28,159 nt of DNA from a virus (lineage: Duplodnaviria; Caudoviricetes): IMG/VR virus record IMGVR_UViG_3300005662_000165, positions 1-28,159 of that record; one strand, 5' to 3'. Below are positions 16,422 through 25,910 of this stretch, one piece after another (position 1 is the first letter of the stretch; each line of letters starts with the position of its first letter). A model generated the notes under the pieces. The model worked only from the letters and a program-made list of their open reading frames with translations, did not search any database and had not been told where the DNA came from. Made by a program: the position numbers and the translations under genes.

Positions 16422-18233
16422 ATGGCTAGACAGATAAATTATAGTAAAAGAGATTTTGCTTCATTAAAAACAGAACAAATAAACTATATTAAACAGTACT
16501 ACCCTGAGGTTGTACAAAACTTTAATGACGCGTCTATCCTATCCGTGTTTTTGGATTTGAACGCCGCAATTGCTGACAACTTAAACTACCAGATTGACCG
16601 AGCATTACAGGAAACAGTTTTGGACTACGCCCAGGAAAGACAATCGTTATACAATATAGCAAAAACCTACGGTTTAAAATTACCGACTAAATCAGCCGCC
16701 GTTGCAGTTGTTGAATTTACGGCCCAGGTTCCAGTATACGGTGACCAAGAGGATAAGAGATATCTACCCTTGATCAAAGCTGGAACACAAGTTAGTAATG
16801 GTGCCAGTGCTTATGAAGTGTTATATGATATTGATTTTGCTTCGGCTACAAATAGTTCTGGTAATGTTGATAGAACAAAAAGACCGATTTTTGTAAATAA
16901 CAAGTTAAGCGGTTATAGTATAACTAAAACGGGTATTGTTATTGCTGGTACGAGTAAAGTTTTTACTCAAGCATTTGCAACAACACAACCTTTTTATAAA
17001 ATAGTTTTACCCGAAGATAACGTATTATCAGTTGAATCGATAATACATAAAGCGGGTACTAATTACACAGCAACACCAACAGAAGGTGAATTTGCAACCA
17101 GCCCAAATAAATGGTATCAAGTACCATCTTTGGCTGAAGATAATGTTTTTATCGAAGACCCTAACTCACCAAGAGTAAATGGTATCGCAAAAGGGGTTTA
17201 CCAAAAGGTTGATAGAAGATACATCACCGAGTTTACACCTAACGGTTTTTGTCAAATAACTTTTGGAGCTCAAACGGATTCTTCTTTTGATATATTAGAT
17301 GATTTTATGGATGGTGGTAATTTTAACCTCAAAAGTTTTCTAAGAAACGGTAGTTTAGGTTTAGCACCAATAACTAACACAACAATGTTCGTTAAATATA
17401 GAATTGGCGGTGGTGTTGAATCTAACACTGGTGTTGGTACAATCACTGATATAACAAGACTTAGTGCTGTTATTAACGGGCCAGATCAAAACATTAACTC
17501 CACAGTACAAGCATCGATAAGTGTTAACAATACAACCCCAGCGGTTGGTGGATCCGATGAACCAACAATAGAAGAATTAAGAAATTATATCGCGTACAAC
17601 TTCTCAGCACAAAACAGGGCGGTAACCTTAAATGATTATAAAGCATTGATTATGTCGATGCCTAGTGTTTTTGGTTCACCTGCTAAAACTAGTATCACAC
17701 AAAGACAAAATAAAATTGAGATCGGTGTGTTAACATACGATGCCAATGGGGCCATATCTAATGTTGTCTCATCTTTGTTAATGGAAAATATTGCTGCTTA
17801 CTTATCAAAATATAGAATGATCAATGATTATGTTATTGTTAAGCCAGCTGAGGTGGTTGATTTAGGTTTTGAGGTTGGTGTGTTGGTTGAGCCTGGTCAA
17901 CAAGTACAGGCGTCTTCTAGGATAACCAATATCGTTAAAAATGAGTTTACAACTGATAAATCAAATCTAGGTAAAAGTTATAGTGTTGGTGAGATGGTTA
18001 AAAAAATCACCCAGGTTGATGGTGTTTTAAACGTTAATTACATAAAAGCGTTTAATAAAACAGGTGTTGGCTATTCTAGTAACACGACAAAACAAACAAT
18101 AATTGATACTGCAACAGGTGAGATTGATATAACAAACAATTACATAATTGTTGATGACTACCAGATGCTTAATATTAAAAAACCAGATGTTGATATTAAG
18201 GTTATACCAGTAATAGCAACAGGAATTAATTAA
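16422..18233 (+). CDS. Baseplate wedge subunit, T4 gp6 / baseplate J-like
   Basis: N-terminal YSKRDFASLK...FNDAS...ETVLDYAQERQSLYNIAKTYG, then YRIGGG, AVGGSDEPTIEELR and QNRAVTLNDY. Confidence 0.9.
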   Translation: MARQINYSKRDFASLKTEQINYIKQYYPEVVQNFNDASILSVFLDLNAAIADNLNYQIDRALQETVLDYAQERQSLYNIAKTYGLKLPTKSAAVAVVEFTAQVPVYGDQEDKRYLPLIKAGTQVSNGASAYEVLYDIDFASATNSSGNVDRTKRPIFVNNKLSGYSITKTGIVIAGTSKVFTQAFATTQPFYKIVLPEDNVLSVESIIHKAGTNYTATPTEGEFATSPNKWYQVPSLAEDNVFIEDPNSPRVNGIAKGVYQKVDRRYITEFTPNGFCQITFGAQTDSSFDILDDFMDGGNFNLKSFLRNGSLGLAPITNTTMFVKYRIGGGVESNTGVGTITDITRLSAVINGPDQNINSTVQASISVNNTTPAVGGSDEPTIEELRNYIAYNFSAQNRAVTLNDYKALIMSMPSVFGSPAKTSITQRQNKIEIGVLTYDANGAISNVVSSLLMENIAAYLSKYRMINDYVIVKPAEVVDLGFEVGVLVEPGQQVQASSRITNIVKNEFTTDKSNLGKSYSVGEMVKKITQVDGVLNVNYIKAFNKTGVGYSSNTTKQTIIDTATGEIDITNNYIIVDDYQMLNIKKPDVDIKVIPVIATGIN

Positions 18234-18235
18234 GG

Positions 18236-20482
18236 ATGGAGAAAAACATTAAAATAGTTTTAAATCAAGATACACCTGATGAAAGGATATTAGTGAATCT
18301 AGAGGATGACTTTGATAATTTAGAAATTTTAAGTTTAAAGATATCAAGCTCAGACGTCTACAGGAAAACCTCATCAGATTTTGGTGTAATAGTTGGTAGG
18401 GTACAAACAACTAACGGATATGGTTTGCAAAATGCAAAAGTATCTATATTTGTTCCAGTTGACCCAGCGGATAAAGAGCGCCCCGAAATCATGGAACTTT
18501 ATCCATTTGAAACGGTTAATGACCAATTCCCTAATGGTGTTAGGTATAATCTATTACCAAGAGTAAGAAACCAAAATCCTAGCCATAGAGCGGTTGGTAA
18601 CCTACCAACAATAAATGATTTAACCCATTACCCCCAATATTTGGAGATAATGGAAAAATATTACAAGTACACCACAATTACAAATGATTCTGGTGACTAT
18701 ATGATATTTGGTGTACCTGTTGGCTCACACAATATTATGATGGATTTTGATTTGTTTGACACTAAGAGTTTTGAGATCACGGCGAATGATTTGGTTGAAA
18801 CAACAACTCAATACGGTAATATAAAGGATCTAAGAGATGCGACAAGCGCGAAAGACAATAACGACCCTAATAAAGTACCTAATTTCATATATAAAGGGAA
18901 TGATTCTTTTGATGTAGAAGTTAAAACAAATATTAACCAAATGCCAAATATCTTTAACGAGATTAAGCAGGTTAACGTAGCTTCTTTTTGGGGTGATGAT
19001 GAAGAGCATGATGTTGGTATAACAAGGTGCGATTTCAAGATAAATTATAAATACACACCCACAGCTATATTTTTTGGTTGGTTATCTTCAGTGACTGGGG
19101 CTTTTGAGATTAAAAAAAACTATAGTATTAACAAACCACTGGACGAAAGTCAAACGGAGATACCATTAGAATTAAGGGGTTTTGATTCAAATAAAGGTAG
19201 AGATACTGGGGATATTTGGCCATTACAAGAATTGATGGTTGTTGTATATAGATTAGATGACAAACTAACCCCAGGTAGTAGAGTTAGAATAGGTGCGTTT
19301 AAAGCTGAAAAACACACTGGCGTTTTTAGGGTATCATTACCAATGTACATGGAGTACTATAAGTTAAACCAATTCGGTGATTTGGTACCAACAGATGATA
19401 CTGAAAACGGGATACCAACTAAGGGCTATTACGCTTTTGAGATGTATGACATCGCTGAAGCTTGGCAAACTAGATATCCATGGGGTTATTATAGGTTATC
19501 ACCAACACCAGGTATTAGAGTCCCATCTTCGGTAAATGGTGATCCCTTTACAGGTGGTTGGGAAGGGACGACAACTGGTTTATTTGAGTATGACATAATC
19601 AACAGAAAAAGAAAGTTTTACACGATAAAAACAAAATATAATAAACATAAGGATACGAATGTTTCAATAACTGGTGATTATGTTAATTATTTACCACAAA
19701 CTAATGATTTTAAGGATATACCGTGGAATTTCCCAGTGGATAGAAGAGATATACCACAATTGACCAATGTTGAGGTTATTGGCTCGGCGATTATCCCTAA
19801 ATATGAATTTGATGTTGATATTAACGTGTTTGATTGGAATCGTTTAAACGACAAAGACTACAACCCACAAATGATTTTCCCTGCAAACATTCTTAATATA
19901 ATAAGAATACCTAAAGATTTATCTTACAACGAGGATGTTAAGGAACTGGAGTACCACCTAGGGATTGGTGTTGGTTTAGATGGTAAAAACTCTGGTAGTG
20001 TTTACACCGATATATTTAGGGGTGATGATTTTATTAATGGTACAACTGGTGAGAACTATTATGGGGATGCCCCTTCGTATGATTTCGGTGATAACTCTGT
20101 AAGTGGGTTAAAACTTAGTTTATTTGCGATTGAATTAGCTAAAAAAACTAACGCAACGGTTAGTTCTGGTGGGACCCACAGAAGATACACACAAGCCTAT
20201 AGTGATATTTACACATTAGGCCCATTCATATCATCAACTAACGATCAGAATAAATTCCCTGTGATGGAGTTTTCTATCTATGATATAACAAATGATCTTG
20301 ATGGTCTAATCGATAATAAGGTTTATACATCTTACGGTTTCTATACGGGTAGTATACCACCTTCAGAGTTTAACCCAGAGATATCGAATAAATATAGAGC
20401 TAATTACTATTACTTTGGTCTTTGGGATAGCGCAAACGCTTTAAAATCAATCGAAAAAAATTATTTTGTAGACAATGAGTAA
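18236..20482 (+). CDS. Putative baseplate/tail structural protein with a carboxypeptidase-regulatory-like (Ig-like) N-terminal domain
   Basis: GVIVGRVQTTNGYGLQNAKVSIF ... TITNDSGDYMIFGVPVGSHNI pattern, located in the baseplate operon. 748 aa. Confidence 0.65.
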   Translation: MEKNIKIVLNQDTPDERILVNLEDDFDNLEILSLKISSSDVYRKTSSDFGVIVGRVQTTNGYGLQNAKVSIFVPVDPADKERPEIMELYPFETVNDQFPNGVRYNLLPRVRNQNPSHRAVGNLPTINDLTHYPQYLEIMEKYYKYTTITNDSGDYMIFGVPVGSHNIMMDFDLFDTKSFEITANDLVETTTQYGNIKDLRDATSAKDNNDPNKVPNFIYKGNDSFDVEVKTNINQMPNIFNEIKQVNVASFWGDDEEHDVGITRCDFKINYKYTPTAIFFGWLSSVTGAFEIKKNYSINKPLDESQTEIPLELRGFDSNKGRDTGDIWPLQELMVVVYRLDDKLTPGSRVRIGAFKAEKHTGVFRVSLPMYMEYYKLNQFGDLVPTDDTENGIPTKGYYAFEMYDIAEAWQTRYPWGYYRLSPTPGIRVPSSVNGDPFTGGWEGTTTGLFEYDIINRKRKFYTIKTKYNKHKDTNVSITGDYVNYLPQTNDFKDIPWNFPVDRRDIPQLTNVEVIGSAIIPKYEFDVDINVFDWNRLNDKDYNPQMIFPANILNIIRIPKDLSYNEDVKELEYHLGIGVGLDGKNSGSVYTDIFRGDDFINGTTGENYYGDAPSYDFGDNSVSGLKLSLFAIELAKKTNATVSSGGTHRRYTQAYSDIYTLGPFISSTNDQNKFPVMEFSIYDITNDLDGLIDNKVYTSYGFYTGSIPPSEFNPEISNKYRANYYYFGLWDSANALKSIEKNYFVDNE

Positions 20483-22142
20483 TATTGTAGAGGTATTGGG
20501 TTCTAAAAAATTTTCTGGTTCAAAAAATGAAAGTTTAAAAACTAGGTTAATATTAGAACAACCAGGTAAGATTAGAGATGAGTATAATTTATTTACAAAT
20601 ATATCTCAGGACGACCAGTTCGTTAAAGAAAAAAACGAGAACGAAAAATATAAAGTTTATGGGACTATTTCACCCATTATAACTAAAAAAGCTTACTACA
20701 GGAACACCAAATTAAATATCGATAAAAAAGTTATTGAATTTACACCAGATAACTGGTCTATCGTTTTATGTAAACCAGTTAAACATGTTAACCAGAAAGG
20801 TAAAAAAGAGTATGTTATAACTTACACCGATGAGAATAAAAAAGATTTAAGTTATAAACTTGACCTGAGCAAAGGTTTACCAGCCTCATTAATTCAACCA
20901 ACACTGAAAACTGGCGAACAAAACACTAGTTTTTTAATGAATTATGGTCATAATTTTAATATCGGTGATCAGGTTTATATTAGATCAAAGGATACTAGGA
21001 TAAAAGATGGTTTATATTTTATCACAAACGTTGATGGTAAAAATATTTCGATAGATTTTAAGATAAACGCTAAAGTTTTACACCAAGTAGCGGCAAAGGA
21101 TATTAACTTAAATACTTTTACAGCGTCACCCGCCACATTGTTCGCCGCACCAGAACAAAGTGCTAATCAATTTACGGGCGTTATTAGAGGTGTTCAAACA
21201 ACAAATGATGATAACGAGTTAATCAACATATTAAAAGCTGAGAGACCAACCCCGTATCGATTATTCAGCGCAAATTTTTCAATATCAAAAGTTGTTGACA
21301 ACGAAGTTTTGGAGTATTACGTTAAACAAGCGGAAGTTGTACAAGTTCTAACAACATTTGATCAATGCGGTTTTTCGTTAAACCTATATGAGGAGCCCCT
21401 ATATAATTTTTATTTTGAGGAAGAGTTTGATATCGCGGGGTTATTGGATAATAAGAATGAGCCTATAACTGAATGTTATCTTGGTGTTATTAAAAATGGC
21501 GCCACATCTGAAAAAGTATTCAGTACAGTTGAATCTAACTTTGAACCTTTAATTGATTATACTAACCCTGGTGAAGGTATTAACAGGATAGCAAACGTTT
21601 CTGAATCAACAATATCCGATAAACCAGATGTTAAAAACATTTTTGATATAGGTATTTACGAATATTCAGCTGAGAATTTAACGGAAGAATTGATTTCATC
21701 CGTTCATCACAGTTTCATACACAATTTTGTGTTATTTAAATACGTACCTTTTAGAAAGATCGATTTAAAACTAAAATCAACATATATTGAAGATTCAGCT
21801 TCAAACACCTTTATACCGAAATATGCTGTTTATAGTAGAAAAACCGATAAATATATCTGGAGAGATATCTTAGATTTAGGTGTTTCGGATGACAATGGTG
21901 TTGTGTTAGATTACCCATTTTTAAATGGTGCTAGATATGTCTATGACAGATTTTTATTTAACGTTTTAACAGAAAAAAACAAAACAAAAAAATATAAACT
22001 AAACGTTAACGATGTTTCTAATATAGATTCACTTAATTCTGTTGACGATTACACTAGGGATATTGTTAACGACCTATTTGGTGATAACAATGACAATAAA
22101 TTGGAAGATCCGTTTAAAACTTATACTGACGAAAAATGTTAA
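20475..22142 (+). CDS. Hypothetical virion structural protein (555 aa)
   Basis: Long ORF with an 8-nt overlap with the upstream gene. It contains a beta-rich GHNFNIGDQVYI...DGLYFITNVDG segment. Function is inferred from context. Confidence 0.7.
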   Translation: MSNIVEVLGSKKFSGSKNESLKTRLILEQPGKIRDEYNLFTNISQDDQFVKEKNENEKYKVYGTISPIITKKAYYRNTKLNIDKKVIEFTPDNWSIVLCKPVKHVNQKGKKEYVITYTDENKKDLSYKLDLSKGLPASLIQPTLKTGEQNTSFLMNYGHNFNIGDQVYIRSKDTRIKDGLYFITNVDGKNISIDFKINAKVLHQVAAKDINLNTFTASPATLFAAPEQSANQFTGVIRGVQTTNDDNELINILKAERPTPYRLFSANFSISKVVDNEVLEYYVKQAEVVQVLTTFDQCGFSLNLYEEPLYNFYFEEEFDIAGLLDNKNEPITECYLGVIKNGATSEKVFSTVESNFEPLIDYTNPGEGINRIANVSESTISDKPDVKNIFDIGIYEYSAENLTEELISSVHHSFIHNFVLFKYVPFRKIDLKLKSTYIEDSASNTFIPKYAVYSRKTDKYIWRDILDLGVSDDNGVVLDYPFLNGARYVYDRFLFNVLTEKNKTKKYKLNVNDVSNIDSLNSVDDYTRDIVNDLFGDNNDNKLEDPFKTYTDEKC

Positions 22143-24238
22143 AAAAAATATTTAAAAAAGATGTTAGTCTATCAACCAACTTATTAATTGGTTCCGAAGA
22201 TAGTCCATCAGATAGGGAGTTTGTTTTTAGTAAACTTCTTGACACCGAATCGTTAGCTAATGTAAACGAGATTGTTAACCTGGAGAGTGCTGAATTTAAA
22301 CCTAATTATGATAAAATTGAAGTTGATCTATTTTTCCTAAGATACATTGAGGAAGATGATATCCCTGAGATATCTAAACACATTGAAGAAACTTTTGACA
22401 CATACCATAAAAATTTAGTCGCAACACAAAATACTTCAGTTCGAAATGAATTGTTTGAGGTTAGGGCTTCAGATGGTTTGAGAGCCGTAAAATTTGACAA
22501 TGAGGTCGAGTTATCGCCAATACAAATTAATGAGGAGAAACCTTATGTAGTTGTCGACCCTATGGTTGAGCTAAGAAAGAAATATCCAGCAAAATCTGGC
22601 CGTCCACATTTTTACAACACATTCACGTTCCCTTTTTGGGATAAATCCGATCAGTGGAGTGCTTTAAAATACGGTTTTAATAACAAAACGTATACATATA
22701 GTTCCTTTTTATTATTAGAGATTTATGATGATAACAACGTTGAAACACAAAGAAGAATAACAACAATACCAATTTATGTCTCTGACCGCTATCTTTTTAA
22801 CGAGAAATCAATCTCTGGGGTTCAACAAAAAAGACCTGTTTTTGAATTAACGGAAGGTGTTGATGGTTACTCTTTTTTCTTTCTTAGGAATTACCTTAAA
22901 TCTGATTTTTATGTTAAATTTTATTTTTGGGACGCCTTAAATGGTAGAAAAATACAATTTATACCATCAACAAAAAATAATATAAAAAAGAAATGGTTAC
23001 AAGATGTTGAAACTTTTGACCAGAAAAAGTTATACTTAAGATATGAGTTAGATTATCAGACAAAAAAGTATACAGTATTTGATTATAACGATAGAACGGG
23101 TGAATACGATTTGGAAACGGATCATATTGATTTATACGAATTTGCTTATGATGATTATTGGGCTAGTTTCCCTGTCTTAAATGATCAACCAAGCGATTTA
23201 CAAAAACCAACGGATCCGAGACAATACGGCGATCTTTTATTATCAACAAATAATATAAAGAGGGAATTAACATTAACCGATACTAAATATGAAACACTAT
23301 CTAACGCTTTAATTAATGATCCAGATTATGTTGAATATAAAAAAATACTAGACTACACCGAAACTTTGTATACTAGCGATTATATACCAATTGGTAAAAT
23401 AGATCATTACAATTTTGAAGGTTCATTAGAAGGTTATTTAATGTTTAAATCTACCAGTTTAAATATTAAACCAATTGGGTTATTAAAAACTAAAATAAAT
23501 AAATGCGTTAATGTTGATATAGATTCATTCAAAAGAACAATAGGCTCTTTTAGGATTGAAAATAAACAAGATATTAGTAACTATATTATCGATTCTTTTG
23601 TTATAAAAGATTTGATTTTTAAATCAAATGAACCAACAATCGATTTATCGAGTTATGGTTCACTAGAACATGATATTCAAACAGACTACGGTTTAGCCCT
23701 TTCAACAGAATATTGCGTCATACCGAAAAAAAGCATTGTTCAAACATACGATGATTATTACACAACATTTGAAACAGCTTGGTCTGATTATAAAACCGAT
23801 AATGCTGAAGAGGTGTCAGACGATTATTTCAGTATTAATACCACAACAACATCATATACTTACACACAATTAATCAATAACCCAACCCATCAGATAAATT
23901 TCGCTAATATGATCGCGAATAAGGTTTATTTAAGCTCTGATAGGACACAGGTTAATAACTACACCCCATCTGACATAGATAGTTTATTAAAAACGAAGCC
24001 AGCGGCTAAAAAAGACGGTATAATACTAATAATCGAGGCCTTGGACCCAAAGATTAATACCAACGAAGAGGTGATCGTAACAATTGATTTGGTTATCGGA
24101 GCTGGGGCTTTATACCATTTTGGTACAATTAAAGAGTTGGATATAACTGGTAATATTGAAGTTAATCTATACAAAGAAGATGTTGGGACAAGTAATATGA
24201 CAAAAATAACCATACCACTTAAAATTAATTTAAAATAA
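22136..24238 (+). CDS. Hypothetical virion structural protein (700 aa)
   Basis: Long ORF with a 7-nt overlap upstream and TAATG coupling downstream. No family recognised. Confidence 0.7.
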   Translation: MLKKIFKKDVSLSTNLLIGSEDSPSDREFVFSKLLDTESLANVNEIVNLESAEFKPNYDKIEVDLFFLRYIEEDDIPEISKHIEETFDTYHKNLVATQNTSVRNELFEVRASDGLRAVKFDNEVELSPIQINEEKPYVVVDPMVELRKKYPAKSGRPHFYNTFTFPFWDKSDQWSALKYGFNNKTYTYSSFLLLEIYDDNNVETQRRITTIPIYVSDRYLFNEKSISGVQQKRPVFELTEGVDGYSFFFLRNYLKSDFYVKFYFWDALNGRKIQFIPSTKNNIKKKWLQDVETFDQKKLYLRYELDYQTKKYTVFDYNDRTGEYDLETDHIDLYEFAYDDYWASFPVLNDQPSDLQKPTDPRQYGDLLLSTNNIKRELTLTDTKYETLSNALINDPDYVEYKKILDYTETLYTSDYIPIGKIDHYNFEGSLEGYLMFKSTSLNIKPIGLLKTKINKCVNVDIDSFKRTIGSFRIENKQDISNYIIDSFVIKDLIFKSNEPTIDLSSYGSLEHDIQTDYGLALSTEYCVIPKKSIVQTYDDYYTTFETAWSDYKTDNAEEVSDDYFSINTTTTSYTYTQLINNPTHQINFANMIANKVYLSSDRTQVNNYTPSDIDSLLKTKPAAKKDGIILIIEALDPKINTNEEVIVTIDLVIGAGALYHFGTIKELDITGNIEVNLYKEDVGTSNMTKITIPLKINLK

Positions 24239-25014
24239 TGAAAACCATTTTAATGCAAGATGATACGGATTACTTGGTTAATCTTTATGTTGAGTCTTTA
24301 ATAGACCCCAATGGGTCGTTGATAACACCGTATTATGATGACCCTAAAATTGAGGCTATTGAAAATTCACTATCTGAGATTTATCCGTTTAACGAGATGG
24401 TTAAACCAGCTGTAAAATACCTCACGAACGATAAAAATATTTCAACCCTTAGTGAAGTTAAAGAGCATTTTCTGGATTCATCGGAAAAATATTTTATTGT
24501 TGGTAAAACGGATAGTAAATTTTCTTTACTTGATTTAAGTTTTACCAGGGAACAGGCGTTGAAGTTATATGGAAAAGAAGCAACAAAGGGTTTTGCTGAT
24601 TTAAGTGATAGAACGGTTCCAGCACCTAAAAATATTAGGGTTGGTAAAAGAATCGAGGTAAGTGGTACGAACATAGTTGGTATGATTATATCCGAATCCG
24701 AAGAACGAGTTGAGTATGTCTTATATTTAGACACACCAAACCCTGTTTTTTATGTTGATAATTCTGATAAAACAACTATATTTAAATTCATGAGAAATAA
24801 TATTGATGATAAGGTAACACCAACATTAAATTATTATTCAGACACAATTGACGAACCAAAAGTTTTATCAGAAGTATTTATAGACAGAGGTATAAATAAT
24901 GCCTTTGAACCAATGAGAAAACTAAAAAATGTTAAAGACTTAAATGAATTAACAAAAACAGGTTTTGGATATTACAAAATAAACACAAGAGGATACAATT
25001 TTAAAGATCAATAA
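24238..25014 (+). CDS. Hypothetical protein (258 aa), probably structural
   Basis: TAATG-coupled ORF in the baseplate operon. No family recognised. Confidence 0.7.
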   Translation: MKTILMQDDTDYLVNLYVESLIDPNGSLITPYYDDPKIEAIENSLSEIYPFNEMVKPAVKYLTNDKNISTLSEVKEHFLDSSEKYFIVGKTDSKFSLLDLSFTREQALKLYGKEATKGFADLSDRTVPAPKNIRVGKRIEVSGTNIVGMIISESEERVEYVLYLDTPNPVFYVDNSDKTTIFKFMRNNIDDKVTPTLNYYSDTIDEPKVLSEVFIDRGINNAFEPMRKLKNVKDLNELTKTGFGYYKINTRGYNFKDQ

Positions 25015-25016
25015 AT

Positions 25017-25910
25017 ATGGGAATAGGTGTATATGGTGTTAAAAGACCAGCGGATGTAGACCCTTCAGATATAGAGGTTATTGTTTTATACAGTAAGAAT
25101 AGAAATTCAACTGAAGCACAAAAAGTGACAAAATTAAATGGTACTGACGTAATAAAGCCAGTATTTGACCCAACAAACCCATTAGAGGTTTTAGGGGGTA
25201 TGTATAACCTTGAATTACCTAAAAGTGTTTTTAACACCAGAGGTTTTTACACTGTTTACATAAGACCAGCTCAAATAAGGGTCCAAATTGAGGATTGCGC
25301 CGAATTAGCCACTTTCCCTGACATTAAAGGTCTTGTTTTAAATATAGATTCAGCCCCTAACGGTTTTAAAAGTAAATTCAGTAATAACGGCTTAGATGGT
25401 TACAGAGTTGAATACCTAAATGATAATGGTAGTAAAGTCCAAAACCTATATAGGGTGATTACTTCATCGTTTATTGTTGAACCAGTTCAGGTTGACACAC
25501 CTAATAGCTCGGTTAAGACAATAAAATATACTTACAATAATGTGGGTAGTTTATTATTCTGCACTGTCACACCTAATGCGGCCCCTAGTTTCAAACCAAC
25601 AGCAACACCGTTTATCGGCTTTAAAGGTCAAAATATTATTTTAACAAATACTAGTTTCACACCACAAATACTTGAGGTTGAATTAGTTAATTACGATGCG
25701 GAGAGCTTAGCAATTGCGTTGTATTCAGACCAAACAAAATCAATGGAAGATGGTATCTATACATTGTATGATTTTGACGGTAACATATACGCGCAATACG
25801 ATTTATACGAAATTAAAGACGCCACAGATAAAAAATTATTTGAGGTGAGAAGAAGAAGAAATAATATAGACTCAACAAAGACGTTAAACAACATAGTAGG
25901 AAATGGCTAA
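25017..25910 (+). CDS. Hypothetical protein (297 aa), probably a baseplate/tail component
   Basis: Starts 2 nt after the upstream stop and is beta-rich (GGMYNLELP...GFYTVYIRP; GIYTLYD...YAQYDLYEI). Confidence 0.72.
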   Translation: MGIGVYGVKRPADVDPSDIEVIVLYSKNRNSTEAQKVTKLNGTDVIKPVFDPTNPLEVLGGMYNLELPKSVFNTRGFYTVYIRPAQIRVQIEDCAELATFPDIKGLVLNIDSAPNGFKSKFSNNGLDGYRVEYLNDNGSKVQNLYRVITSSFIVEPVQVDTPNSSVKTIKYTYNNVGSLLFCTVTPNAAPSFKPTATPFIGFKGQNIILTNTSFTPQILEVELVNYDAESLAIALYSDQTKSMEDGIYTLYDFDGNIYAQYDLYEIKDATDKKLFEVRRRRNNIDSTKTLNNIVGNG

